The translations under genes were made by a program, and so were the position numbers. Shown one piece after another: positions 36,560 to 46,586 of a stretch of DNA of 64,000 nt (positions are counted from its first letter, which is position 1; every line of letters begins with the position of its first letter). Below the pieces are notes generated by a model that worked only from the letters and a program-made list of their open reading frames with translations, made no database searches and had not been told where the DNA came from. The DNA comes from a bacterium (GTDB lineage: Bacteria; Patescibacteriota; Microgenomatia; JAMCZE01), in the NCBI GenBank assembly GCA_021836035.1, contig JAKBJL010000001.1:44370-108369 (forward strand). Direction: 5' to 3'.

Positions 36560-36787
36560 AGTGATTTCTGATTTCTTGCACTCCCCCAACAGAGTAGGAA
36601 CGGAGGCCATAGGGGCCGCTGTTTTCGTTATGTCATCGGCCCTTTCGTTGGGTGCAACTCTGCTTCCAATTACCGGAGCAAGAGTGCCAAGAGCGCCTCC
36701 CTTAAGGTAAACCGGGGGTTCGTCACGGGTATAACCAAAGGCGGCTTTAAGGAGTGTCGGTTCAACTTCTGCGGGTAGCGGTTTCTA
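36560..36787 (-). pseudogene. possible gene remnant: 76-codon open frame without a start
   Basis: Protein-like translation (KPLPAEVEPTLLKAAFGYTRDEPPVYLKGGALGTLAPVIGSRVAPNERADD) bounded upstream by a stop, with no Met. Confidence 0.25.
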
Positions 36788-36889
36788 AATTTATATTGCG
36801 GATTCATTCCTTGTCTATTACACCTTGGGTGTCAGAAAATTTGGGCGGAGGGCATTGAACCCTATCACCAGATATGACCCAATAATAAT

Positions 36890-37360
36890 ATGGACGAGGA
36901 TTCGCAACATACAAACGAATTTGGAGAAATTGAGGCATTTAAGGATACGGAATACTGGTTCAAGAAAGATTTCCAAACAATAAAGAGGTCCCCTACCGCC
37001 ACTCTCAAAGCAATACCACTAATCTTGCTGGCTACTTACTTATTTTCATTGTTGATGACCCAATTGGGCGGGACTGGGGCTGATTTTCCGTTAGCTTTTA
37101 TTTACTCTCTTGTCTTCTCACCAATTTTCTTGCTTGGATATTTAATGTTTCATATTATTGCCACTAAGGGGTATGACATTGATCCCTATGCCGGAACTCA
37201 CATTAACTCACCACAACACGTAAACCGCTTCTCGGTTAGTTATATTATGAATTCCGATATGCCGACCGGACGAAAAATAATGTTTTTATTAAGATACGCA
37301 TTTTATGTTTTGCTAGCAATAGGACTCCTCTTAAATGTCTTTGTGGGTTTAAAGAAATAA
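36890..37360 (+). CDS. hypothetical membrane protein (156 aa), AT-rich (about 38% GC) relative to the region
   Basis: ORF with TM segments and a clear compositional difference. Immediately upstream of tRNA-Met. Confidence 0.5.
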   Translation: MDEDSQHTNEFGEIEAFKDTEYWFKKDFQTIKRSPTATLKAIPLILLATYLFSLLMTQLGGTGADFPLAFIYSLVFSPIFLLGYLMFHIIATKGYDIDPYAGTHINSPQHVNRFSVSYIMNSDMPTGRKIMFLLRYAFYVLLAIGLLLNVFVGLKK

Positions 37361-37715
37361 CCCCCAATACAGCAGGGTTGGCTTATGACACCGGGATAAA
37401 AATGGGTTCGGGAAGCGTGAGGAAATAATTTCTGGTTTCTTTTCCCTCGACGGCTCGGGACAAGCTTCTTCGGAGAATTGGTTCTGCGGAATTTTTAAGG
37501 ATCAATAAATTAAACGCCGCGGAGGCTTTTCATCGCACGGCTCGGGGAGTCCGCAAGGGCGGTGGGGTCATATCGGCCACTCCACGCCAGGGCTGCCCGG
37601 GATTATACGGAAACCCCACTCCCCCGCGCGGAAATCTTACGTTTAAAAAAAGAGCGCAACCAACAGAGACGCTATCAATTCCTCTAAATCCCGGATTTTA
37701 GTATAATATCCCTGC

Positions 37716-37787
37716 GCCAAGGTAACTCAGTGGTAGAGTGCCGCCCTCATAAAGCGGTTGTCGGGAGTCCGATTCTCCCCCTTGGCA
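37716..37787 (+). tRNA. tRNA-Met/Ile2 (anticodon CAU), elongator type
   Basis: Acceptor GCCAAGG/CCTTGGC, D-arm ACTC-AGTGGTA-GAGT, anticodon loop CTCATAA, T-arm GGGAG-TCCGATT-CTCCC, discriminator A. TATAAT lies 9 nt upstream. Confidence 0.8.
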
Positions 37788-38132
37788 CTAAAAAATAAGG
37801 TTTAGCCACTTTTGCCAGTTGGGAATATTTATCGGCTTGGCTTCCGGGGTTGCCGCTAAAAGTTCCGGGGGGATAATAACGATATCCTCCCCTTCTTTAA
37901 CCCAATTAAGTTTATCCCGGGCCTGTTCTTCGATAAACTGGGGCGTTTGCACTTTGGCCGCTTCCTCCTTTAGCTTTTCATTTTCCGCCGCTAATTTATC
38001 TACCTCCGCCTGGGCATCGGTTACCTTTTTCCCCGCGCCCAAGAGGCCGATGGTCGCCTGGACTGTTGCGACAATAAAAAATAACCCCAAAATGATGACC
38101 AAAAGACGAACCCGTCGGTGTCCCATAAGCAA
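37788..38132 (-). CDS. ftsB: septum formation initiator family protein (FtsB/DivIC-like)
   Basis: N-terminal TM then coiled coil (DAQAEVDKLAAENEKLKEEAAKV). Length 114 aa. Confidence 0.7.
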   Translation of the reverse strand: MLMGHRRVRLLVIILGLFFIVATVQATIGLLGAGKKVTDAQAEVDKLAAENEKLKEEAAKVQTPQFIEEQARDKLNWVKEGEDIVIIPPELLAATPEAKPINIPNWQKWLNLIF

Positions 38133-38226
38133 CTACTATGTACCCCTAGACCCTTTACATCTTTATCTCCCCCTGCTATTATAGGGGCCTAGAATTGCAC
38201 CTGCGCTCTCTCAGGCTACAAGCTTT

Positions 38227-39072
38227 ATGCACGACTGGCAGAAAAAATTTCTCGAATACTTAAAATCAAAATCCCGGGCCACGGCTACCGTCATCGCCTA
38301 CGGTAAAGATATCGGTCAGCTCTTAGAGTACTTGGAACAGCAGGGAAAGTCAAACCTGGCGGAAATTACGACTGCCGATTTAAACGGTTTTTTGGGGAAA
38401 CTGGCCAAAGAAAACTACACTCCGAAATCGATCAGCCGCAAAATCAATTCCCTGAAAACTTTTTTCCGCTTTTTGGCAGCCGAGAAAGTAATTGCCGATA
38501 ACCCCGCCGCCGGCATCTCTCATCCAAAGTTCGAGACCAAACCCCCGCGGATTCTCTCCCCCCTGGAATACCGGGCGCTCCGCGACGCTTGCCGCGATGA
38601 CTTTAGAATTGCCGCCGTGGTAGAACTTTTGCTCCAAACCGGCATGCGCATCGGAGAATTAGCCGCCCTAGAGCTAGATAGCGTCAACGAACACGAACTG
38701 AAAGTCCCCCCGATTGAAGGGCACCCGGAAAGAACCGTTCCGTTAAATAAAGCCGCCAAGGGTTCGCTCGATCGCTACCTCTCTATCCGCCCCAGGGTAA
38801 AATCACCCGCCCTTTTTATTACTAAAACCGGCCGGCCGCTGCTTATTAGAAACATCCGCACGGCGATTGACCGCTACTTCCGCATCGCCGGGATCAAAGA
38901 AGCCAAAGTCAACGATCTGCGGCACACCTTTATCGCCCACCACCTGGCCGCCGGCGCTTCCCCGGTTCTGGTTTCCCGCCTGGTCGGACATAAAAGAATA
39001 GCCACGACGGAAAAATATCTGGAATTTATTAAAGACATGCCCGCGGAGAAGATTAAACTGGAAGAGCTCTAA
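38227..39072 (+). CDS. tyrosine site-specific recombinase, XerC/XerD family
   Basis: N-terminal SAM-like core-binding domain. Catalytic R..(K)..HxxR..H..Y region: DLRHTFIAHHL and GHKRIATTEKYL. Confidence 0.85.
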   Translation: MHDWQKKFLEYLKSKSRATATVIAYGKDIGQLLEYLEQQGKSNLAEITTADLNGFLGKLAKENYTPKSISRKINSLKTFFRFLAAEKVIADNPAAGISHPKFETKPPRILSPLEYRALRDACRDDFRIAAVVELLLQTGMRIGELAALELDSVNEHELKVPPIEGHPERTVPLNKAAKGSLDRYLSIRPRVKSPALFITKTGRPLLIRNIRTAIDRYFRIAGIKEAKVNDLRHTFIAHHLAAGASPVLVSRLVGHKRIATTEKYLEFIKDMPAEKIKLEEL

Positions 39073-39391
39073 AACTACGATAGGCTCAATCTCCAAATCC
39101 CCAACCGCGATTCCCCATAACTTAATTATTTCGTTTTTTTTCTCGTATTGCTGGCTATGGCTTCGGTTTCCTTTCCTTCCCGGGTTAACGGCCCCCTTTG
39201 TTCCTGACGACCCGGGTTAGTAGCGTAACCAATTGTTAACCAATGGTTAGTTTCTTTCGTCTCTTTTTTCACTATGGTATCGCAATTAATAAATGCCCGA
39301 CGGGTTGAGCAACCATCCGCTTCTTGGTCATTAGCGCCGACTGAAGTTGCCGACCCACTTGCCTGATCAATAATATTTGGTTTTGGAGGGT

Positions 39392-39420
39392 TTTAGGAAG
39401 AATCTTTAGGAAATTTAGGA
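39392..39420 (+). repeat. three direct repeats of TTTAGGA within 29 bp downstream of the recombinase gene
   Basis: Read directly at 39392-98, 39405-11 and 39414-20. Confidence 0.3.
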
Positions 39421-39532
39421 TACTAACGACGGAATTGAAGGTCCCTTTGGGAACCTTGTACTCTTTATTCGTGCGCAAACACAAATTCCCGGCTGGCGAT
39501 CCGATTGGCCGTTGGGTTATTGGGATTTGAAT

Positions 39533-39793
39533 TTATTTAATTTTCTCTAGGGCGTCTCCCTTCTCCACCGCCTGATCCACTTTAAGCGCGACATCCTGCC
39601 CTGGTTTGGCTTTTTCTACCGGTCTATGGTCAATCTGCATGGAGGTCACTTCCTGGGTAAATTCGCTGCCGTGACCGGCAATTTTTACCGTATCGCCTAC
39701 CGTCAAAGGAGAAGCCAGCTTTAAAGCTGCCACCCCGATCCGATCAAAATAGTGGGTCACCGTTCCTACCGCTTTGCTTTTTACCACAATCAT
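39533..39793 (-). CDS. small beta-barrel protein (about 86 aa), EF-Tu domain 2-like
   Basis: Start taken at MIVVKSKAVG. The longer track ORF overlaps the + M14 gene. Confidence 0.4.
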   Translation of the reverse strand: MIVVKSKAVGTVTHYFDRIGVAALKLASPLTVGDTVKIAGHGSEFTQEVTSMQIDHRPVEKAKPGQDVALKVDQAVEKGDALEKIK

Positions 39794-39922
39794 CACCCCC
39801 GTTCTGTTTATTTCTTTAATTATAATACCCGTCTTGCAAATCTTTTCTAATTTACCTAAACTTGGCTGTCTGCCCAGCAGAATTAGCATCAAATTCCCCC
39901 TGCCGAATTTGATTATTCCCAT

Positions 39923-40963
39923 ATGGAAATACCCAAGGAATTTTATATTTCGGAAGAAATTGCTACCTATCGCGACGACGAAAAACGCCCTGCCGAATGC
40001 CGGATACCCGTCCAAAAGCTTTTTAGCGCTTATGGAAACCTTGTGGAAAGTGGAAATTGGGAAGCAGGAACGGTTGCCCTGCAACCCATAAATTACCGTG
40101 AAGAAGACTCCCCCCGCCTGCCTATACCCTATCTTAAAACCATCCGTAATGGTCCCGCCTTTTGGTCGCTGGCCGGCATTCACGGTGAGGAACCGGCCGG
40201 GCCAAACGCCCTGGTCCGTAACATGGATATCCTGGCGGAATTAGGAAATCATATCCCCGTTGTCGTTTTTCCCCTCTGTAATCCTAGCGGTTATGTACGA
40301 AACTGGCGCTATTTCGACGAGTTCCGTGACCATAACATCGGAAACAGCGTCGGTGACAGTGATCATTTGCTTTTAAGCACAAAAGGCCTTAACCAGCCGC
40401 GCCGGGCGGAGCCAAGCAGCCCTTATGCCCTGGCCCTGGGTGAAAAAATGCTCGAACTCGCCCGGGAATATCCGCCCCTCATGGTCATTGACCACCATGA
40501 GGATGAGGACACCAGCCGCAAGAGAAGGCGGACAACTTTTTATATTTATGCTCATGGCCATTGGGGTTATGATGACTGTGTCGGAAAAAAGATTGTGGAA
40601 ATTCTTCTGCAGCACGGGATGAAGATAACGCTTAGCGGATATACCCGCTTCGGGGAAAAAATAAAAAACGGGATTATCGCCAATGCCGACGATGGCTCTA
40701 TTGACGATTTCTTGGCGGCGGAGAAAATCTGGCACCTGGGGCAAATTGAAGCGGGGCCAAACGTCGCCTCCGTTGTAGTTGTAGAAAATCCCGCGGTGAA
40801 AATAAAACTGACCAGCAGGATTGCTGCCCACGGAGAAATTGTCCGCAATTATCAGGAACTGCTAAAAATCAGACTGGCCCAGGAACAGGAGAGCTGCCCG
40901 GACTTACCCGAAACTATTTCTCCGTTAGGGATTAAAAAGCGCCCGGCTTCAACCGCTACATAA
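39923..40963 (+). CDS. M14-family zinc carboxypeptidase / succinylglutamate desuccinylase-aspartoacylase-like
   Basis: Zinc-binding motif SLAGIHGEEPAG (HxxE) and downstream NPSG. Confidence 0.7.
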   Translation: MEIPKEFYISEEIATYRDDEKRPAECRIPVQKLFSAYGNLVESGNWEAGTVALQPINYREEDSPRLPIPYLKTIRNGPAFWSLAGIHGEEPAGPNALVRNMDILAELGNHIPVVVFPLCNPSGYVRNWRYFDEFRDHNIGNSVGDSDHLLLSTKGLNQPRRAEPSSPYALALGEKMLELAREYPPLMVIDHHEDEDTSRKRRRTTFYIYAHGHWGYDDCVGKKIVEILLQHGMKITLSGYTRFGEKIKNGIIANADDGSIDDFLAAEKIWHLGQIEAGPNVASVVVVENPAVKIKLTSRIAAHGEIVRNYQELLKIRLAQEQESCPDLPETISPLGIKKRPASTAT

Positions 40964-41061
40964 TCCGTAAATATTAGCAATTTTTGCTAGGAGTGTGACC
41001 GTTCGGCGATTTGGGCTTACATCCTTCGATTCTCTTCGCTCGCTCAGGATCTCGGCGGAAA

Positions 41062-43437
41062 TTATAGGTGAGAACGGGCTGATATTTCCGCCTCGACCGT
41101 CCGGACATCCCGGCCGTATTTCAGGGCCGAAAGTTCTTTGATCATGCCCGCGACGCGGGGATTACGCGACTTATTGATCCGCTCAAAGTCATGGTTGATT
41201 TCGATACTGAACGGCGGCAGGGGTTCGTTATCAACAACCGTCTTAACATAGGCATTGAAAGCTTCCACCTTCAAAAGGTCCTGCTCGTTAAAGGTGGGGG
41301 TATATTCATGGGCCAAAAACTGAGCATCGTTCACCCCGGTCCGAAAAGTAATTTTCGTCCCGACATTGCCGAAGACCGCGTTTCTGACCTCCTCCTCCAT
41401 TTGGGAAATAAACTGGTTGGCGACCGTCAAATTCAGGCGGTATTTGCGAGCCTCGGAAAGAATGGTGGCAAAATCCGGGGTAGCAAAATTCTGAAACTCG
41501 TCAACGTAAAGATAAAAGTCCCGCCGCTGCTCCATGGGAACATTGGTCCGGCTCATGGCGGCGGTTAAAATTTTCGGAATCAACAAGAGCCCCAGGAAGT
41601 TGCTGTTCTCTTCCCCGATAAGGCCCTTGGCCAGGTTAATAATGAGAATTTTGCCTTCGTCCATTACCTGCCGGAAATCAAAAGAGCTTTTGGACTGCCC
41701 GATCATATTGCGCATCAGTTTGTTCGTCGTAAAGCGACCGAATTTAGAGACAATATAATCTAGGACTTCGCTTTTGTGGAACTCGGCAGTCTGGGCGATT
41801 TGGTCGGTCCAATAACGACGGATAATCGGGTCAGAAACTTTGGGCAATAATTCCTGGACATAGGTCGGATCGGTCAGCGCTCTTTGCACCTCGATAAAGG
41901 TTGTCCCCGGCTGGACCATAACCGTAAGCATCGCGTTTCTGATATTGTGTTCCAGACGGGGGCCCACGATACCGGTCTGATGGGGGTCATACAGTTTGTA
42001 AAACAGGCCGATAATCGAAGTGACGATATAATGCTTCTGCTCCTCGGTATAGGCCTCCATAATGTTTAAACCCATGGGCCGCGCGGTGTTGCTGGGATCA
42101 AAATAGATAACGTCTTCCGCTCTTTCGGGGGGCATCTGCTCCAAGATGGTTTCATAAGTATCGTGGGGATCAATAAAACAAACCCCCTTGCCGGCGCGGA
42201 TATCCTGCAAAATCATCTGGGACATAAGAAGCGATTTGCCGGTACCGGTCGCGCCGACGATATAGACATGTTGCCTCCGGTCGTCGTCGGAAATATAGAC
42301 CGGCCGCTCGTCCCCGCGGTAAACGGATTTCCCGAGATAAAGTCCGCTGCTGGGAATTCCCTGGGGAGCCGGCGCCCGCTTGGCATTAAGCCAATAAATA
42401 TGCGGGGTTTCGACAGCCTTATTGGGGAAATGAAAGAGGGTGGCCAGTTCTTCCGTCGTCAAAACACCCCCAAATTTCAGCATGGGCTGGTAACGGTAGA
42501 CGAAATCCGTCATGAAGTTACCTTGTACCCAGATCTTATCTTTGGTAAAGCCGTTAAGCTCCCCGTTAAATTGCTCAAAAGCTGCTTTAATGTTTCCTAA
42601 AATCATCTTGGCATCCGCCCGGGTTTTTGCCGAGACAACTATTCTTAACGAGAAATTAAAGCCCGGTTTGCCGGTTTTATTCTCGATAGTTTCCAAAGTT
42701 TTAGCGTCCACATTAAATTTAGCCTTTTCCGGATCGGCCTCATTCTTCTTGGTCCGGGAAATATATTTTTTGCCCAGGCTGCGCCACTTATTTTCGGCCG
42801 GGGAAATTAAAAGTTGGATTGCTGCCCCCTCCCCTTCCCCCAGCTTAGCCAGGGCTGAGGTAATCACGGATATGGGGTCAACCGCCAGGTCCTTATAGGT
42901 TTTAAGCGGGAAGTAATAGGAGGAGCGCAGCTTTAACGACAGATAGGCCACTTCCCCGTCTTCGGAAAAGATATTGTAGTCTTCCACCTGTTTGACAATA
43001 GCCCCGGGGTAAGTCCCGTGGATTTGTTTTTCAACCAGATCTTTGACCTGTTCGGAGCAGGAAATATAAAAACGGATGTTCTCGTGTTCCGCGACAATTT
43101 CCAAAGATAAATGTTCCTGGGGGGTTAAAAATGGCAACTTCCACATGGGGCCGCCCTTTTTCAAAGAGTAAAGGGAGGTAAAAAATTGCTCCATGGCGTC
43201 AATTTTTATTTCGTTTTCCCTGGGTACGGCTACCTGTAATAAAACAAAGTCCAGGGCATGCTCTTCGCGTTTACGCCACTTAATAAACTGATAAAACAGA
43301 TAAAGGAAAAGCGCTCCGGCGGCAACAAAAAGCAGCAAAACTACCAAAATGACGGCAAATTCTACCAAGAGGGCCTCGAAATTAGAGAAGAATTCGAAAC
43401 CGGGAGCGGCAGGATACATACTACAATGATAGCACAA
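41062..43437 (-). CDS. T4SS-type P-loop ATPase with N-terminal TM anchor (VirB4/VirD4-TraG-like, FtsK/HerA superfamily)
   Basis: One long hydrophobic N-terminal segment, Walker A VYIVGATGTGKS, Walker B FYLYVDEFQNF. 791 aa. Confidence 0.7.
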   Translation of the reverse strand: MCYHCSMYPAAPGFEFFSNFEALLVEFAVILVVLLLFVAAGALFLYLFYQFIKWRKREEHALDFVLLQVAVPRENEIKIDAMEQFFTSLYSLKKGGPMWKLPFLTPQEHLSLEIVAEHENIRFYISCSEQVKDLVEKQIHGTYPGAIVKQVEDYNIFSEDGEVAYLSLKLRSSYYFPLKTYKDLAVDPISVITSALAKLGEGEGAAIQLLISPAENKWRSLGKKYISRTKKNEADPEKAKFNVDAKTLETIENKTGKPGFNFSLRIVVSAKTRADAKMILGNIKAAFEQFNGELNGFTKDKIWVQGNFMTDFVYRYQPMLKFGGVLTTEELATLFHFPNKAVETPHIYWLNAKRAPAPQGIPSSGLYLGKSVYRGDERPVYISDDDRRQHVYIVGATGTGKSLLMSQMILQDIRAGKGVCFIDPHDTYETILEQMPPERAEDVIYFDPSNTARPMGLNIMEAYTEEQKHYIVTSIIGLFYKLYDPHQTGIVGPRLEHNIRNAMLTVMVQPGTTFIEVQRALTDPTYVQELLPKVSDPIIRRYWTDQIAQTAEFHKSEVLDYIVSKFGRFTTNKLMRNMIGQSKSSFDFRQVMDEGKILIINLAKGLIGEENSNFLGLLLIPKILTAAMSRTNVPMEQRRDFYLYVDEFQNFATPDFATILSEARKYRLNLTVANQFISQMEEEVRNAVFGNVGTKITFRTGVNDAQFLAHEYTPTFNEQDLLKVEAFNAYVKTVVDNEPLPPFSIEINHDFERINKSRNPRVAGMIKELSALKYGRDVRTVEAEISARSHL

Positions 43438-43484
43438 CAGTTGGATTTAATTTCTAATTTCTAATGGCTAATTCTTTTATATTT

Positions 43485-43646
43485 CTTTTAAAAGGGTGGT
43501 AACTCGCGGGGCGTTGTCTTTGACAACGCAAAAGCGTGCGAACCCCCACTTTTTTTGCAAGATAAAGTAAAAATCTATTTAAGAAGGGGGGGGCTAAGCC
43601 AGCCGCGCGGGTGAGTTGGTTTATGGGGGCCGCGGGCTACACCCCT
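43485..43646 (+). repeat. MITE-like intergenic repeat, copy G
   Basis: TTTTAAAAGGGTGGTAACTCGCGGGGCGTTGTCTTTGACAACGC ... GGGGGCCGCGGGCTACACCCC, then TAAATTAAGG. Confidence 0.65.
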
Positions 43647-43649
43647 AAA

Positions 43650-44150
43650 TTAAGGTAATTGTTTATCCCTAACTACTGACCCCCTGAAGAATTTGACGAG
43701 GTAACCGGCCTTAAGAAGTTCGTAAATAAACCACTCGGCGAGCCAGCGAAAAGATTTGGAAACGGGGGCTTTTTTGCCTTCCGCTAACTGATCGTCGGTT
43801 AAAACTTTTCCGCGGACGGCAAATTCCGGGATCGCATGGTGTATTGGCGTTTCTGCTACGGCCTGGGGTTTAATACCCATCTCCCTTGCCAAATCCTGCG
43901 GCACCCGCACTTCTCCGCTCTCCACCCGGTCAATACCCAACTCTTCCATTTCCTTCTCTGTTTCCAATTCGTGACCGTAGCTAAGCCAGTACTCATCGCC
44001 TTCCCTTTTAGCAATTTCGTCGGCAACTTTAAGATCCCCCATCTCGCCGACAGATTGGCCAACTTGCTCTTTTTGTAATTGCCCCGCTGAATTTGCGGTA
44101 GCCTTTTTAACAGGAGCGTCGTCTTGGATCGTTACTTTAATTTTACTCAT
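43650..44150 (-). CDS. hypothetical protein (166 aa)
   Basis: ORF immediately upstream of the T4SS-type ATPase. Confidence 0.45.
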   Translation of the reverse strand: MSKIKVTIQDDAPVKKATANSAGQLQKEQVGQSVGEMGDLKVADEIAKREGDEYWLSYGHELETEKEMEELGIDRVESGEVRVPQDLAREMGIKPQAVAETPIHHAIPEFAVRGKVLTDDQLAEGKKAPVSKSFRWLAEWFIYELLKAGYLVKFFRGSVVRDKQLP

Positions 44151-44189
44151 GGACAGCAGCTTTGGGCCTAAAGCTATTTGTTATTTCTA

Positions 44190-45272
44190 TTACACCACAC
44201 CCGCGCCACTTTTTCTACCCGTTCCCGTCGCCAACTCAATACCATGAGCCCGGCTTTCTAAAAGTCCGGCATGGGTGATCTGGATAAATCTGGCTTTCTG
44301 CCATAACTCCCGGATATTTTGCGCTCCGCAATAAGAAAAGCCCGAGCGGATCCCGGCGCAAAGCTGCTCCAAAACTCCGGTTACCGGACCCCGGTAAGGG
44401 ACCAAGCCTTCAACCCCTTCAATATGCAGTTTAAAATGCGGCTTATGGCCGTTATGCTTTTTTAACTGCCGTTCTTTTTCCCGAACCGAAGTCGACCCGT
44501 TATACTCCTTGTAAATTGCGCCCTCTTTCTCAACCACCCCTCCGGGCGCTTCGTCGGTCCCCGCAAGTAGCGACCCGCAGATAACGGCGCTCGCCCCCGC
44601 GGCCAAACACTTGACCATGTCTCCGGAACTGCTCGTTCCTCCGTCCGCCAAAACAAAACGGTCCGGAAATTTTCTTTTCGCCTTAACCACCTCCATTAAA
44701 GCCGTCATCTGGGGAATGCCGCAGCCGGTAACTATCCGGGTAACGCAAATAGTCCCCGCGCCGACACCGACGCGCACGCCGTCGGCGCCCGCTTTGAATA
44801 AATCCTCAGCTCCTTCCCGGGTAGCAATTACACCCGAAATCACCGGTAACTTAAATTTACGCTTTAATTCTGCCGTCACTTCCAAACAGCGGAGCATATG
44901 CCCGTGGGCCACATCAATGGTGAAGATATCCGCGCCCGCTCTTACGCACGCTTCCGCTCTTTTCATAACATCATCGCGCAACCCTAAGGCCGCAATTATC
45001 CGCTGGCCGGCTTTCTTTACCTGCGCGATTTTCTTTGCCTGTTCTTCCGGTAAATCAAAACGAGGCATCATAGCAATACCGCCGTATTTAGACATTGCGA
45101 TAGCCATAGCTGTTCCCGTTACCGTATCCATATTAATGGCAATAATCGGCGCGTCCAGAAAAAAACCCGGGGCTATCTCGGTTCTCAGGGAGACCTGGCT
45201 TCGTGAAGTAATCCCGGACTTTTGCGGGACCAGAAGCACGTCGTCAAAGGATAATGCTAACGGGATATCCAC
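44190..45272 (-). CDS. IMP dehydrogenase/GMP reductase family protein (no CBS subdomain)
   Basis: TIM-barrel motifs including catalytic Cys loop GVGAGTICVTR, and phosphate-binding GG/GS motifs. 360 aa. Confidence 0.8.
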   Translation of the reverse strand: MDIPLALSFDDVLLVPQKSGITSRSQVSLRTEIAPGFFLDAPIIAINMDTVTGTAMAIAMSKYGGIAMMPRFDLPEEQAKKIAQVKKAGQRIIAALGLRDDVMKRAEACVRAGADIFTIDVAHGHMLRCLEVTAELKRKFKLPVISGVIATREGAEDLFKAGADGVRVGVGAGTICVTRIVTGCGIPQMTALMEVVKAKRKFPDRFVLADGGTSSSGDMVKCLAAGASAVICGSLLAGTDEAPGGVVEKEGAIYKEYNGSTSVREKERQLKKHNGHKPHFKLHIEGVEGLVPYRGPVTGVLEQLCAGIRSGFSYCGAQNIRELWQKARFIQITHAGLLESRAHGIELATGTGRKSGAGVV

Positions 45273-45313
45273 CTACATCCCCTATCCATCATACTCAAAT
45301 AACTCACTTTTGT

Positions 45314-45907
45314 TCAATGATCAGATTTGCTTTCCCAAACTTCCTCTTCAGTTCCTGTTTGGAAATTTTCCCGCCGGGCCAGTGTAAATAAATAATCGCT
45401 CAACCTATTCAGGTATTTTATACTACCCCCCGGCCCCTTGCCCCCAACTCCGATGATCGCCCGTTCGGCCCTGCGGCAAACCGCGCGGGCGAGGTGCAAT
45501 TGGGTTGCGGTTTCGCACCCTCCCGGCAAAACAAAGCGATGGAGCTCGGGGAGTTTTAGCTGCATTTTATCTATTTCCTCTTCCATTTCTTTTACCCTCT
45601 TCTCCCATTTCCCCTTTGTTCTCCCGCTTGCCACTGCTTTTATCTTTTTATAACCCGCTAGCCCCGCGGCAATTTCCATCAAATCCGCCTGAATTTTTCT
45701 TAATTCTGGTAGATAGATCATCCCTAGAAAAGCATTCAATTCGTCCAGGTTTCCCAGGGCTATGATCGCGGCATCATTTTTGCTAACCCTCTTCCCCCCG
45801 ATTAACCCCGTCGTCCCGTCGTCTCCGGTCCGCGTATAAATCTTCGTCCCCGCGCTCCTGCTTGTGCTTTTTCTGGTAGTTTTATTCTGCATACCCGATT
45901 TTACCAT
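45314..45907 (-). CDS. ATP:cob(I)alamin adenosyltransferase, PduO type
   Basis: KIYTRTGDDGTTGLIGGKRVSKND...LGNLDELNAFLG matches the PduO/MMAB N-terminal consensus. Confidence 0.8.
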   Translation of the reverse strand: MVKSGMQNKTTRKSTSRSAGTKIYTRTGDDGTTGLIGGKRVSKNDAAIIALGNLDELNAFLGMIYLPELRKIQADLMEIAAGLAGYKKIKAVASGRTKGKWEKRVKEMEEEIDKMQLKLPELHRFVLPGGCETATQLHLARAVCRRAERAIIGVGGKGPGGSIKYLNRLSDYLFTLARRENFQTGTEEEVWESKSDH

Positions 45908-45934
45908 TGCATTCCCCTGTTTTCTGGTACTACC

Positions 45935-46234
45935 ATGGATAGCGGTATGGCTACAAAGGAGTTACCTCAGGAGGTAGAAAGTCATGATTCGCGCTTGCGG
46001 ATTACAGCCCTGCTAACCACTTTCGCGGGAGAGATAGCGGTTTGCGGAGATGCTATCGATATTCTGCAGGAACCGGGGAAACCCCTGCTGCACCTGGTTA
46101 CACCCGTACTACATAAAGCTGCTGAGGCGGGTATCAATCAGGAAACCGCGGCTTTGGGAATTATCGCCTTCTGCCTTCCGCTTATTTTTTATACCGGGAA
46201 AGAACTTTGGCCCTGGGTTAAGGAAAAAAATTAA
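45935..46234 (+). CDS. hypothetical protein (99 aa)
   Basis: ORF only. Confidence 0.3.
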   Translation: MDSGMATKELPQEVESHDSRLRITALLTTFAGEIAVCGDAIDILQEPGKPLLHLVTPVLHKAAEAGINQETAALGIIAFCLPLIFYTGKELWPWVKEKN

Positions 46235-46264
46235 CAAGGCCAAGCCGCGATACTTTGATCTTAG

Positions 46265-46403
46265 AAAGGATAGTAGCCCGCGGGGCGCCCCAAAAACGTA
46301 CGAACCCCCCGCTTTTGCTAAATAAGATTATCTTTGGGAAAAACAAATAAAGTTAGCCGTGTGGGTGAGTTAGCTTCTTGGGGCTGCGGGTTACCGGGAC
46401 CCC
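46265..46403 (+). repeat. MITE-like intergenic repeat, copy H
   Basis: GGATAGTAGCCCGCGGGGCGCCCCAAAAACGTACGAACCCCCC ... GGGGCTGCGGGTTACCGGGACCCC, then AAATTAAGAT. Confidence 0.65.
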
Positions 46404-46586
46404 AAATTAAGATAAAAGCATAAACCAGATCCCGGTTGCCGCCTAAAAATAAATAGGGCCAGTTTATAACCTTAAGTTTTTCGGGGGGCCTTATTGCCCC
46501 AACGCACAGCTGAGAAAATAATGTAATAAGGGTGGCTCATCGCCATCTTTGCGGGGGACTTTGCAAGGGGCGGTATAACAAATCTG

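Noticed and set aside
38227-39072. Tyrosine recombinase as a definite genomic-island integrase.
   Set aside because: The XerC/XerD-like architecture is equally consistent with the housekeeping chromosome-dimer resolvase. It is kept only as a possibility within the tRNA-Met island finding.
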